Assembly (NCBI RefSeq): GCF_017876815.1 | Contig: NZ_JAGIOS010000003.1 | Span: forward strand, 1,020,001-1,052,000 | Direction of reading: 5' to 3' | Length of the DNA stretch: 32,000 bases | Origin: Sinorhizobium meliloti | Lineage (GTDB): Bacteria > Pseudomonadota > Alphaproteobacteria > Rhizobiales > Rhizobiaceae | Part shown: positions 14,567 through 22,524 of the stretch, piece after piece | Position numbering within the stretch: position 1 is the first letter of the stretch | Layout of the letters: every line of letters begins with the position of its first letter | Notes under the pieces: model-generated | What the model saw: only the letters and a program-made list of their open reading frames with translations | The model's database searches: none | Told to the model about the DNA's origin: nothing | Made by a program: the position numbers and the translations under genes

Positions 14567-15355
14567 ATGTTGGACAGGACCATTCCGCATAATCTCGCCA
14601 GGAAGGCCGTCCTGTACCGGATGGTAATGCCAGGCCACACCTGCCCCTACGGATTGAAGACGAAGGATCTGCTGCAGCGGTCAGGCTACGAGGTGGATGA
14701 TCATCACCTGACCACCCGCGAGGAGACGGACGCCTTCAAGGCGCAGCACGGCGTGCCGACGACGCCTCAGGTCTTCATTGATGGCAAGCGGGTCGGGGGC
14801 TACGACGATTTGCGTCGTTTTCTCGGGAAACCCGTTGCCGATCCGAAGGCGACTACGTACCGTCCGGTTATCGTTTTGTTCACGCTGACCGCACTCACGG
14901 CGATGGCGGCGAGCCATGCCGTCAACGGAACTCCATTTACTTTGCGCGCCGCCGAATGGTTCATCGCCTTTTCGATGGTGGTTTTGGCGATGATGAAACT
15001 CCAGAACGTCGAGAGCTTTGCGACGATGTTCTTGAACTATGACCTCCTGGCAACGCGCTGGGTTCCATACAGCTACATTTATCCCTATGCCGAGGGATTG
15101 GCTGGTGTGCTCATGGTGGCAGGCGCTCTGAACTGGTTGTCTGTTCCAGTCGCGATGTTCATCGGTACGGTAGGGGCTGTTTCGGTCTTCAAGGCGGTTT
15201 ACATCGACAAGCGTGAACTGAAGTGCGCCTGCGTCGGGGGATCGAGCAACGTCCCCCTTGGTTTCATCTCGCTTACCGAAAACCTAATGATGATCGCGAT
15301 GGCAGTCTGGATGGCCGCTGGGAGCATTGGGCTCATAGCAACCCACGCTATGTAA
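14567..15355 (+). CDS. Glutaredoxin domain fused to MauE/DoxX-family membrane domain
   Basis: ATG 14567 with AAGGAG RBS; the ORF-track start 14489 would overlap merR. N-terminal Grx fold with CPYG active site and QVFIDGKRVGGYDDL. C-terminal ~170 aa has 4-5 TM spans and a KCACVGGSS cysteine pair typical of MauE-like proteins. Confidence 0.85.
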   Translation: MLDRTIPHNLARKAVLYRMVMPGHTCPYGLKTKDLLQRSGYEVDDHHLTTREETDAFKAQHGVPTTPQVFIDGKRVGGYDDLRRFLGKPVADPKATTYRPVIVLFTLTALTAMAASHAVNGTPFTLRAAEWFIAFSMVVLAMMKLQNVESFATMFLNYDLLATRWVPYSYIYPYAEGLAGVLMVAGALNWLSVPVAMFIGTVGAVSVFKAVYIDKRELKCACVGGSSNVPLGFISLTENLMMIAMAVWMAAGSIGLIATHAM

Positions 15356-15501
15356 CGCCGCGCGATGCAAACGCGGCCGATGAACGTGCGGGGCATGGAG
15401 AGTGGCTTACCGGCGCATTCTACGAAGGACGATGCGTTCCGCCTATCGGCGCGGTTTGCCATAAACCATGATCTCAGGGAGAGTACTAGCGGAGAAGAAC
15501 C

Positions 15502-16113
15502 ATGGGCATCTATCGGGACGTGATCTTGCCGAGGCTATGCGATCTCTCGATGCGCAACGAACGTCTGCGCCCCTACCGTGAGCGCGTGATCGGCGCCGCG
15601 CAGGGGCGCGTTCTGGAAATAGGCGTCGGCTCTGGCTTGAACCTCCCGTTTTACGGCCCTGTGGTGGGTGAAGTTCTGGCGCTCGAGCCGTCCGCGGGTC
15701 TTGTGGCGATGGCCCGCGAAGCCCCGCGTCCCGACTTGCCCGTCAGCTTCATCGACGCGTCTGCCGAGGCCATACCGCTCGATGACAAGAGCGTCGATAC
15801 CGTCGTGACCACTTGGACCCTATGCACGATTCCGGACGCGGCCGCAGCGCTGACGGAAATGCGCCGCGTACTCAGACCTGGCGGAAAACTGCTGTTTGTT
15901 GAACACGGCCTTGCGCCCGACCGCGGGGTACGTTGGTGGCAGGATACTCTCACGCCTGTCTGGCGGCGGATCAGCGGCGGCTGTCATCTCAATCGTCCGA
16001 TCCGGTCAATGATCGAATGCGGCGGTTTCCGAATGGAGCGGGTCGAGACCGGATACATGCAGGGACCGAAGCCCATGACGTTCATGTACGAAGGCAGCGC
16101 CCGCCCGGAGTGA
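15502..16113 (+). CDS. Class I SAM-dependent methyltransferase (Methyltransf_11-type, METTL7/TMT1-like)
   Basis: 203 aa. Motif I VLEIGVGSGLN and post-I acidic residue. LRPGGKLLFVEH, and the C-terminal W..TLTPVW...GGCHLNR string resembles METTL7-family enzymes as I remember them. Confidence 0.85.
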   Translation: MGIYRDVILPRLCDLSMRNERLRPYRERVIGAAQGRVLEIGVGSGLNLPFYGPVVGEVLALEPSAGLVAMAREAPRPDLPVSFIDASAEAIPLDDKSVDTVVTTWTLCTIPDAAAALTEMRRVLRPGGKLLFVEHGLAPDRGVRWWQDTLTPVWRRISGGCHLNRPIRSMIECGGFRMERVETGYMQGPKPMTFMYEGSARPE

Positions 16114-16387
16114 TGCGTACCGCCGAGGTCACCCGGCTCGGCGCGCGGGCCTCTATCTAGGTAATACCCTCTACCGCATTCCTGGTTCGAACGAGCCGGA
16201 AAGTGTCAGGCGCTCCTCATCGTCAGGCTGCTTCCGCATGACGAACGAGGACGTCCTCAGACCTCTACAAAAGGGTGAAGATCGGGGCGAAACTGGTCGT
16301 CCTCTAGATCCTTTGCCCAGCGGTTCCAGATGGAGGCGGCCGTTAGACATACCACCCGTTGCGAATTGAAGAGCCAACCGCTCCTGA

Positions 16388-16530
16388 AAACGCTGGAGCT
16401 TTGTAAGGGGTGCAGGAAAAATTGATCCATTGGTGGACTTTAATGGCGCGAAGATGAGTGGATATGGCGCAAAGGGAGGATTAGCCCACCTTGCTACTTA
16501 TCTGTACACCAAGAGTGCTACATTCAACGC
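16388..16530 (+). pseudogene. C-terminal fragment of an aldehyde dehydrogenase
   Basis: The frame after the stop at 16385 reads ...GKIDPLVDFNGAKMSGYGAKGGLAHLATYLYTKSATFN, like the ALDH tail PFGG.K.SG.GRE.G...L..Y...K. No upstream ALDH sequence. Confidence 0.35.
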
Positions 16531-16591
16531 TAGATCCCATGATTTTAGGTCGAGTCGGCCCGGTGGCACGCAAGACTTCCGATCGGGTTAT

Positions 16592-16828
16592 GACGACCTT
16601 CACCGGCCGCTCGCCAGCCTTGCGCGACCCGGCGGCATCCCATCTGGGACGGGTGTGGTCGGCAGAGCCCGCCCGGATAGCATGAGCATCCGGCTTGATC
16701 GCATCATCGACCTCGATGACATGCAGTAGTGGCTCATATTGCACACGGATCAACCGGGCGGCATCTTGCGCCAGCAACGCCGAGGCCGCAAAGGCTGCAC
16801 CTGCGTCGTCGCTTCGTCCCTGGCTTGT
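16592..16828 (-). pseudogene. Fragment of a molybdopterin-dependent oxidoreductase large subunit (xanthine dehydrogenase/CoxL-like N-terminal region)
   Basis: The minus frame reads GRSDDAGAAFAASALLAQDAARLIRVQYEPLLHVIEVDDAIKPDAHAI, like the conserved ...VAAVVAE...A.DAA.LI.V.YE.LP... segment. Bounded by a stop, with no remainder of the gene. Confidence 0.35.
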
Positions 16829-16969
16829 TCAAACCTCAGGCAAGGCGCGACATGGCGGCTTGAATGGCAGGGGGCCTTCGGAACCTGAAATCTCAAGGCA
16901 TTGGACTCGGATAAGCAGATGGACAAATCAGTTATCAATCACTGTCTCGCGAAACCCTGAGGAGGACAC

Positions 16970-17320
16970 ATGGAGAAACATCGCATCTATTCGGTCAGCG
17001 TCGCGAGCGTCTATCCCCACTATGTCGCCAAGGCTGAGAAGAAAGGACGCACGAAGGCGGAGGTCGATGAAATCATCTGTTGGCTGACGGGATATGGCCC
17101 ACAGGCCCTGGACGACCAGCTGGCGAAGAACACCAGCCTCGAGAACTTCTTTGCGCAAGCACCTCGGATGAATCCCTCCCGAGCGTTGATTACAGGGGTG
17201 ATCTGCGGCGTCCGCGTGGAAGAAATCCAGGATACGACTATGCGGGAGATCCGCTACCTGGACAAACTGATCGATGAACTCGCGAAGGGGAAAGCGATGG
17301 ACAAAATCCTGCGAAAGTAA
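16970..17320 (+). CDS. DUF2200 family protein
   Basis: 116 aa. Strings [33 protein letters not shown]...[39 protein letters not shown] match my recollection of DUF2200. GAGGAGGA RBS. Confidence 0.85.
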   Translation: MEKHRIYSVSVASVYPHYVAKAEKKGRTKAEVDEIICWLTGYGPQALDDQLAKNTSLENFFAQAPRMNPSRALITGVICGVRVEEIQDTTMREIRYLDKLIDELAKGKAMDKILRK

Positions 17321-17431
17321 TCAGCCACGTTTCAGATTGTGGAGCACGCGTTCGACAGTCAGGAGCGACGTCCGGTCGAGCCACCGCTCCTGCTACAGCA
17401 GAGCGCACGTCACCCGCTTTGGCAGCAATCT

Positions 17432-17454
17432 CCCTCGGGCCGACCACCCGAGGG
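17432..17454. terminator. GC-rich hairpin between convergent DUF2200 and DJ-1 genes
   Basis: 8-bp stem ccctcggg (17432-17439) / cccgaggg (17447-17454) with 7-nt loop. No flanking T/A tract, so terminator function is uncertain. Confidence 0.3.
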
Positions 17455-17484
17455 CACGCCGTCGTCGATCTCACCCTCAATCCA

Positions 17485-18072
17485 TTACGTGTGGGTGATC
17501 TTCGTGCCGAGCACGTTCAGGCACTCGCGCATGAATGCCGCAAGGCCCGTCCACCCCTTCGCCGAGACCATGTTGCCGTCGACATAGGCCGCGGTGGGCT
17601 CCACGTCGATGTAGGTCCCACCAACAGCTGTCACCTCTGGCTCGCAGGCGCCAAGGCCGGCGACCTTGCGGCCCTTCAGCACGCCAGGCACAGCCATGAG
17701 GATCTGCACGCCATGGCAGATCGTAAAGATCGGCTTGCCCGTGTCGTGGAAATGCCGAACCATGTCCTGAACGCGCTTGTCGGTGCGGATATATTCCGGG
17801 CCGCGTCCGCCCGCCGCATAGACGGCGTCATACTCCTCAGGCCGCACATCGGAAAAGGTCTTGTTGATGTCGGCATAGTGGCCGAGCTTCTCCGTGTAGG
17901 TCTGGTCGCCCTCGAAGTCGTGCAAAGAGGTCTTGATACGGTCGCCCGCCTTTTTGTCTGGGCAGACGACGTGCACCGTGTGGCCGACGGCCTCCATGCC
18001 CTTCTGGAAAACGTAGATTTCGTACTCTTCGGTGAATTCGCCGGTCAGCATGAGGATCTTCTTGCCGCTCAT
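17485..18072 (-). CDS. DJ-1/PfpI family protein (class I glutamine-amidotransferase-like)
   Basis: 195 aa. Nucleophile elbow FTICHGVQIL (Cys-His). AGGAGA RBS before ATG 18072. Lies 120 nt downstream of the ABC binding-protein gene on the same strand. Confidence 0.9.
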   Translation of the reverse strand: MSGKKILMLTGEFTEEYEIYVFQKGMEAVGHTVHVVCPDKKAGDRIKTSLHDFEGDQTYTEKLGHYADINKTFSDVRPEEYDAVYAAGGRGPEYIRTDKRVQDMVRHFHDTGKPIFTICHGVQILMAVPGVLKGRKVAGLGACEPEVTAVGGTYIDVEPTAAYVDGNMVSAKGWTGLAAFMRECLNVLGTKITHT

Positions 18073-18192
18073 GTCATATCTCCTGTTGCCTTAGATAAGT
18101 TGAGACGCGGAATGCGGGTGGAAAACCCCACATATTTTTCCTCACCCCGCTCTCGTGTTTGATCGATGCTCGGCCATTGGGCCGGGCGACAC

Positions 18193-19158
18193 TCAGAATG
18201 GGGAGTCGGGGAAGTAGAACTGGTCGGCGTTCTCCGGAGTGATAAGCGGTGCACCGAGCAGGAACGAACCGCGCATAGGCGCCTGACCAGCGAATTGTGC
18301 CGCTGTCATATAGATGGCCGACTTGATCATCGACGGCGGATAGGGTGTCGAGACCGGTGTGCGCTCGTTGCCTTCCTTCACCATTTCGATGACTTGCTTC
18401 ATGCCGTTGCCCCCGAGCGCATATTTGATGTCCTTGCGGCCCGCACGGTCGACGGCCTCGATAACGCCGAGCAACATGTCGTCATCGTTGGCCCAGACGG
18501 CGTCGATCTTCGGGTACTTTGCAAGATAGTCCTGCATGAGCTTGAAGGCTTCGTCCTGGTTCCAGTTGGCGTATTGGATATCGAGGATCTTGATGTTCGT
18601 CTTGTCGATGACGTCCGAGAAGCCTTTGATGCGTTCGTCGTCGATCACGGTCGGGATGCCGCGCAAGACGACGATCTCGCCTTGCCCGCCAAGTTTGTCG
18701 GAAAGCCAGCGCGCGGTATTGGCACCCACGGCGATGTTGTCGCCAGCGACATAGAGGTCCTGGATCGTCGGGTCGGTGAGGCCACGGTCGACCACGGAAA
18801 TGAAGGTGCCGTTTTTCTTAATCTGCTCGACCGGTCCTGTCAGTTCCTCCGACGTAAACGGCAGAATGACCAGCGCGTCGAGCTTCCGGGTCGCCGACAG
18901 GTCTTCAAGCGCGGAGACCTGAGCGGTCGCCGATGACGCGGTCGACAGCACGACGTCTACATTCGGAAACGCGGCCTCGACCTCTTTCTCAGCCTGTTCC
19001 GCATGGTAGACGACTCCTCCCGTCCATCCATGCGTTGCGGCCGGAATCGACACGGCGACAATCCTCTTCTCCTGGGCCTGAGCGGTGCCCAGTGGCTGAG
19101 CCAGGACCAGGGTAGCCGTCGATAACAAGAGTCCAGCCTTGCGGATAATAGACTTCAT
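18193..19158 (-). CDS. Sugar-type (RbsB/Peripla_BP_4-like) ABC substrate-binding protein
   Basis: The real start is ATG 19158 (MKSIIRKAGLLLSTATLVLAQPLGTAQA signal peptide) behind AAGGAGGAGAA. 321 aa. The 645-aa ORF in the track is this gene plus an out-of-frame read-through of the permease gene. Confidence 0.9.
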   Translation of the reverse strand: MKSIIRKAGLLLSTATLVLAQPLGTAQAQEKRIVAVSIPAATHGWTGGVVYHAEQAEKEVEAAFPNVDVVLSTASSATAQVSALEDLSATRKLDALVILPFTSEELTGPVEQIKKNGTFISVVDRGLTDPTIQDLYVAGDNIAVGANTARWLSDKLGGQGEIVVLRGIPTVIDDERIKGFSDVIDKTNIKILDIQYANWNQDEAFKLMQDYLAKYPKIDAVWANDDDMLLGVIEAVDRAGRKDIKYALGGNGMKQVIEMVKEGNERTPVSTPYPPSMIKSAIYMTAAQFAGQAPMRGSFLLGAPLITPENADQFYFPDSPF

Positions 19159-19187
19159 TTTCTCCTCCTTCGAAGTCGGTGCTGTTT

Positions 19188-20183
19188 TCAGCGGTTGGCA
19201 GTAAAGCGGTGCGCCAGCATGGCGATGATGATGATCGCTCCCTGAACGGCGGCGACGAGGTACTCCGAGACCAAGTCCGACAGAACCATGACGTTGGCGA
19301 TCACCTCGAGGATGAGGGCGCCGGCCACCGTGCCGCCAATGCGTCCGCGCCCGCCGCGGAGCAGCGTGCCCCCGATCACGACCGCGGTGATGACCTGCAG
19401 CTCCCAGAGCTGGCCGGTCGTTGGCGTCGCCGCGCCGAGGCGGGGCACATAGCAGATCGCAGCGACGGCGACGCAGAAGCCCTGGATCACGTAGGCGCCG
19501 GTGCGCACGCCGGCGACGTTCACGCCCGAAAAGCGCGCGACCTCGACATTGGATCCTGCCGACTTCAAGCGGCGGCCATACTTGGTCTTGTAGAGCAGGA
19601 AGGCGCCAGCCATGACCACCACGAAGGTGATGAGCACCGGATATGGAATACCGAAGACGCTGCCGAAATAGACCGGCCGATAGGCTTCCCGGAGGCTGCG
19701 ATCGATGGGCAGCGAGCCGCCGTCGGTCATGAAGGTGATGAAGGCGCGGAAAATGCCCATCGTGCCCAGCGTGACGATGAAGGGCTCTATTCGCCCAACG
19801 GTCACGATAACCCCGTTGAAGAGGCCGCACAGTGCTCCGACCAGCAGCGCTACGCCCGCTCCCATCGGAATCGCCCAGGCTCCAAATGCCGGGGCGAGAT
19901 GGTTCATCGCCATGATCATGATACCGGTGACGAAGGCCATCATCGAACCCACCGACAGGTCGAGCCCGCCGGACGAGATCACGAAGGTCGCCCCGACGGC
20001 GATAATCGCAATGAAGGCGCTCCGCGTGATGACGTTGATCAGATTGGCCGACGACACGAAATTGGGGTTCACCAGCGCCCCGAACAGTACGATCACCGCA
20101 AGGGCGATGAAAGGCGCCAGATCGGCCCAACGGATGCGCGCTCCTTCGTTAGTGGGTGCGAGTGTTGCTGTCGCTACGGTCAT
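19188..20183 (-). CDS. Sugar-type ABC permease (RbsC/AraH-like)
   Basis: ATG 20183 behind GGGGAGGAGAAAC. 331 aa, highly hydrophobic, typical branched-chain/ribose-type permease pattern (GGLDLSVGS, TLGTM). Overlaps the ATPase 3' end by 35 nt. Confidence 0.9.
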   Translation of the reverse strand: MTVATATLAPTNEGARIRWADLAPFIALAVIVLFGALVNPNFVSSANLINVITRSAFIAIIAVGATFVISSGGLDLSVGSMMAFVTGIMIMAMNHLAPAFGAWAIPMGAGVALLVGALCGLFNGVIVTVGRIEPFIVTLGTMGIFRAFITFMTDGGSLPIDRSLREAYRPVYFGSVFGIPYPVLITFVVVMAGAFLLYKTKYGRRLKSAGSNVEVARFSGVNVAGVRTGAYVIQGFCVAVAAICYVPRLGAATPTTGQLWELQVITAVVIGGTLLRGGRGRIGGTVAGALILEVIANVMVLSDLVSEYLVAAVQGAIIIIAMLAHRFTANR

Positions 20184-21741
20184 GTTTCTCCTCCCCGACG
20201 TCCGCGCACCCACCGGTCGTGGCGGCGTAGACGACATTTTCCTCATTGATTTCATCGCCGCGTAGCTCAGCGACGATCCTCCCGGCACGCATCACCAGCA
20301 CACGGTCGGCAAGACCTACGAGTTCCGGCATTTCCGACGAGATGACGATGCAGGCTTTGCCGGCGCGCACCATCCCGTCGATGAAGTCATAGATCTGGCT
20401 CTTGTTGCCGATATCGATCCCGCGAGTCGGCTCGTCGATGATGATCACCGACGGATCGGCCATCATGACCTTGGCAAGAAGTAGCTTCTGCTGGTTCCCG
20501 CCCGAAAGCTGGCTGGCTTCAAGGCGCATCGAGCGCACGCGAATGTCGTAATCAGCCACCGCCTTTCGAAGGCGGGAAAGCTCACCTTGCTTGTCCAGAA
20601 AAACACCCGGATTGATCGTATCCAGCGCCTGCAGGGTGAGGTTAGGACCGAGCTTCTCCTCCAGGAGCAGGCCTTTGCCCTTGCGGTCCTCGGTCAGGTA
20701 AACGAGTCCGGCGTCCATTAGGGTACGGACGGAGCGGCTCCCTATCTCCCGGCCGTTCAGGACGATGCTTTCAGCCTCTGACGGACGAAGGCCCATCAGG
20801 CCCTCGATCAGTTCGGTACGACCCGCCCCGACCATGCCGCCGATACCCAGCACTTCGCCGGGGCTGACGCTAAAGGAGACGGTCTGCGAGCCGTGGTCGA
20901 CGGCAAGGTTGGTGACTGACAGGATCGGAGCAGCGGTCGTGGCTGACCGCTTATGCGGATAGAGCATGTCCAGCTCTCGCCCGACCATCAGTTCCGCCAT
21001 TTCCCGCTGGCCGAGGCCTGCCGCCGGCCAGGTTCCGATCATGCGGCCGTCACGAAGCACGGTGATCCGGTCGGCAAGAACCTGAACCTCATCGAGACGA
21101 TGGGAGATATAGAGCACCGCAACCCCGTGATCGCGCAAGCTGCGAACGATGTCGAGCAGCGCCGCCACTTCGTCGTTTGCGAGAACCGCAGTAGGCTCGT
21201 CGAAGATGATGACCTTTCGCTCGTCGAGAAGGGCACGCGCGATCTGCACGAGCTGGCGCTGGGCGAGCGGCAGCTCACCCACACGGTCGCGCGGCCGCGC
21301 CGCTGAACCGACCCGTGCGAGGAGTTCGGCGGCACGACTGTTCATCGCCTTGTCATTGACCAGCAGACCGCGGCCGACCTCGCGACCCAAATACAGGTTT
21401 TCCGCAACGGTGAGGTCCGAAGCGAGCAGGATTTCCTGGTGCACGAGTACGATGCCGGCGTTCTCCGCCTCCACCGCATTTCGGAACTCGACCGACTTGC
21501 CCTCCAGGAGCAAGTGGCCGGCCGTTGGGACGACATGGCCGGAAAGGAGCTTCATCAGCGTCGATTTTCCGGCGCCGTTCTCACCGATAATGGCGTGAAC
21601 CTCTCCAGCATGAACCTCAAGCGTGACGTCCGAAAGGACGGTAATCGGGCCGTAGGCTTTGCCAAGGCCCTCTGCCGCGAGTGCGGCGACAGCACGGTTT
21701 GGCGGCGGCGCGACCGCATTGGAAGGCAGAGCCGCGTTCAT
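20149..21741 (-). CDS. Sugar-type ABC ATP-binding protein with duplicated ATPase domains (RbsA/MglA-like)
   Basis: 530 aa. Walker A GENGAGKST, signatures LPLAQRQLV and LSGGNQQK, Walker B IIFDEPT / IIIDEPT. ATG 21741 overlaps the GntR stop as ATGA. Confidence 0.95.
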   Translation of the reverse strand: MNAALPSNAVAPPPNRAVAALAAEGLGKAYGPITVLSDVTLEVHAGEVHAIIGENGAGKSTLMKLLSGHVVPTAGHLLLEGKSVEFRNAVEAENAGIVLVHQEILLASDLTVAENLYLGREVGRGLLVNDKAMNSRAAELLARVGSAARPRDRVGELPLAQRQLVQIARALLDERKVIIFDEPTAVLANDEVAALLDIVRSLRDHGVAVLYISHRLDEVQVLADRITVLRDGRMIGTWPAAGLGQREMAELMVGRELDMLYPHKRSATTAAPILSVTNLAVDHGSQTVSFSVSPGEVLGIGGMVGAGRTELIEGLMGLRPSEAESIVLNGREIGSRSVRTLMDAGLVYLTEDRKGKGLLLEEKLGPNLTLQALDTINPGVFLDKQGELSRLRKAVADYDIRVRSMRLEASQLSGGNQQKLLLAKVMMADPSVIIIDEPTRGIDIGNKSQIYDFIDGMVRAGKACIVISSEMPELVGLADRVLVMRAGRIVAELRGDEINEENVVYAATTGGCADVGEEKHDRSDSNTRTH

Positions 21742-22493
21742 TCGAAAGCCGAAAGCAAGCGGTCGCGCGAGCGCTCGATGTGGACGCGCATGGCATCGTG
21801 TGCGGCCTGCGGATCGCGCGCCCGGAAGGCAGCCAGCAGGCTCTCATGCTCTTCGAGCGCCTCCTGAGTCACCCGGATGTGGAACATCAGCCGGAAGATG
21901 TGCAGATGGACATGCTGGTTCGACAGAGTGCTGCGGATCACGTCGTTTCCGGCGATTTTCAGGATCTCGTCATGGAACTGCGCATCGGCGCGGGCAAAGC
22001 GGGAGTAGCGTGTGTTACGATCGACCGGCGCCTCGCCGTGGCCCATGTCGGCGGCGGAATTCTCGAGCTGCTGGAGCGCCTCCGGAGTCATATTGGCGGC
22101 GGCAAGCCGGGCAGCTGCGGGTTCGATCAGCAGGCGAAAGGCATAGAGGTCTTCGAACTGCTTGCGCGTCCATTGCGGGGCTGCACTATAGCCGATCAGA
22201 TGCTCTTTGCGAACGAGGCCCTCGCGTTCCAGCCGACTCAGGGCCTCGCGGATCGGCGTCTGCGAAACGCCGAGTTCGCGAGCGAGGACATCGATCGGAA
22301 TGCGTGCACCGGGCGCAATATCGAGCGACATCAGCCGGTGATAGATGCTGTCGTAGACGCCTTCGACCACACTCGTCGGGCGAATACCAGCCCCCCTGCT
22401 TGCCCGCTCCGCTGCAATTGCCACTGCCATTCTCCGACTGCTTATTGACATACGACGTTTTGTTGCAAATAACATATCGCATGTCAAATACAA
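21738..22493 (-). CDS. GntR-family transcriptional regulator, FadR subfamily (FCD ligand domain)
   Basis: wHTH IPIDVLARELGVSQTPIREALSRLEREGLV followed by an all-helical FCD-like domain (LYAFRLLIEPAAARLAA...HIERSRDRLL). The start is uncertain: 22493, 22451 (MSISS) or 22430. A later start is favoured because the palindrome at 22484-22505 would otherwise be coding. Confidence 0.9.
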   Translation of the reverse strand: MYLTCDMLFATKRRMSISSRRMAVAIAAERASRGAGIRPTSVVEGVYDSIYHRLMSLDIAPGARIPIDVLARELGVSQTPIREALSRLEREGLVRKEHLIGYSAAPQWTRKQFEDLYAFRLLIEPAAARLAAANMTPEALQQLENSAADMGHGEAPVDRNTRYSRFARADAQFHDEILKIAGNDVIRSTLSNQHVHLHIFRLMFHIRVTQEALEEHESLLAAFRARDPQAAHDAMRVHIERSRDRLLSAFE

Positions 22494-22505
22494 TATCGTA
22501 TATGA
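22484..22505. promoter_or_regulatory. Imperfect 22-bp palindrome in the divergent GntR / Ldh2 promoter region (candidate GntR operator)
   Basis: tcaaatacaatatcgtatatga has 9 of 11 symmetric pairs, with core ATAC-N6-GTAT. It sits in the AT-rich stretch 22455-22524. Confidence 0.4.
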
Positions 22506-22524
22506 TCTGATATAGGATTAGGAA

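Noticed and set aside
16178-16200. tRNA-like T-loop string ggttcgaac
   Set aside because: The flanking bases do not form a T-arm (cctgg vs gagcc), and no acceptor or anticodon arms can be drawn. It is not a tRNA.
16877-16900. GGAAC motif upstream of the DUF2200 gene as a second EcfG-type promoter
   Set aside because: TT follows after only 16 nt (GGAAC-N14-CATT), which does not fit the GGAAC-N16-17-CGTT spacing.
19159-20130. N-terminal 323 codons of the 645-aa ORF 18193..20130
   Set aside because: This part is an out-of-frame read-through of the permease gene and is Arg/His/Gly-rich nonsense. The real binding-protein gene starts at ATG 19158, with a strong RBS and a signal peptide.
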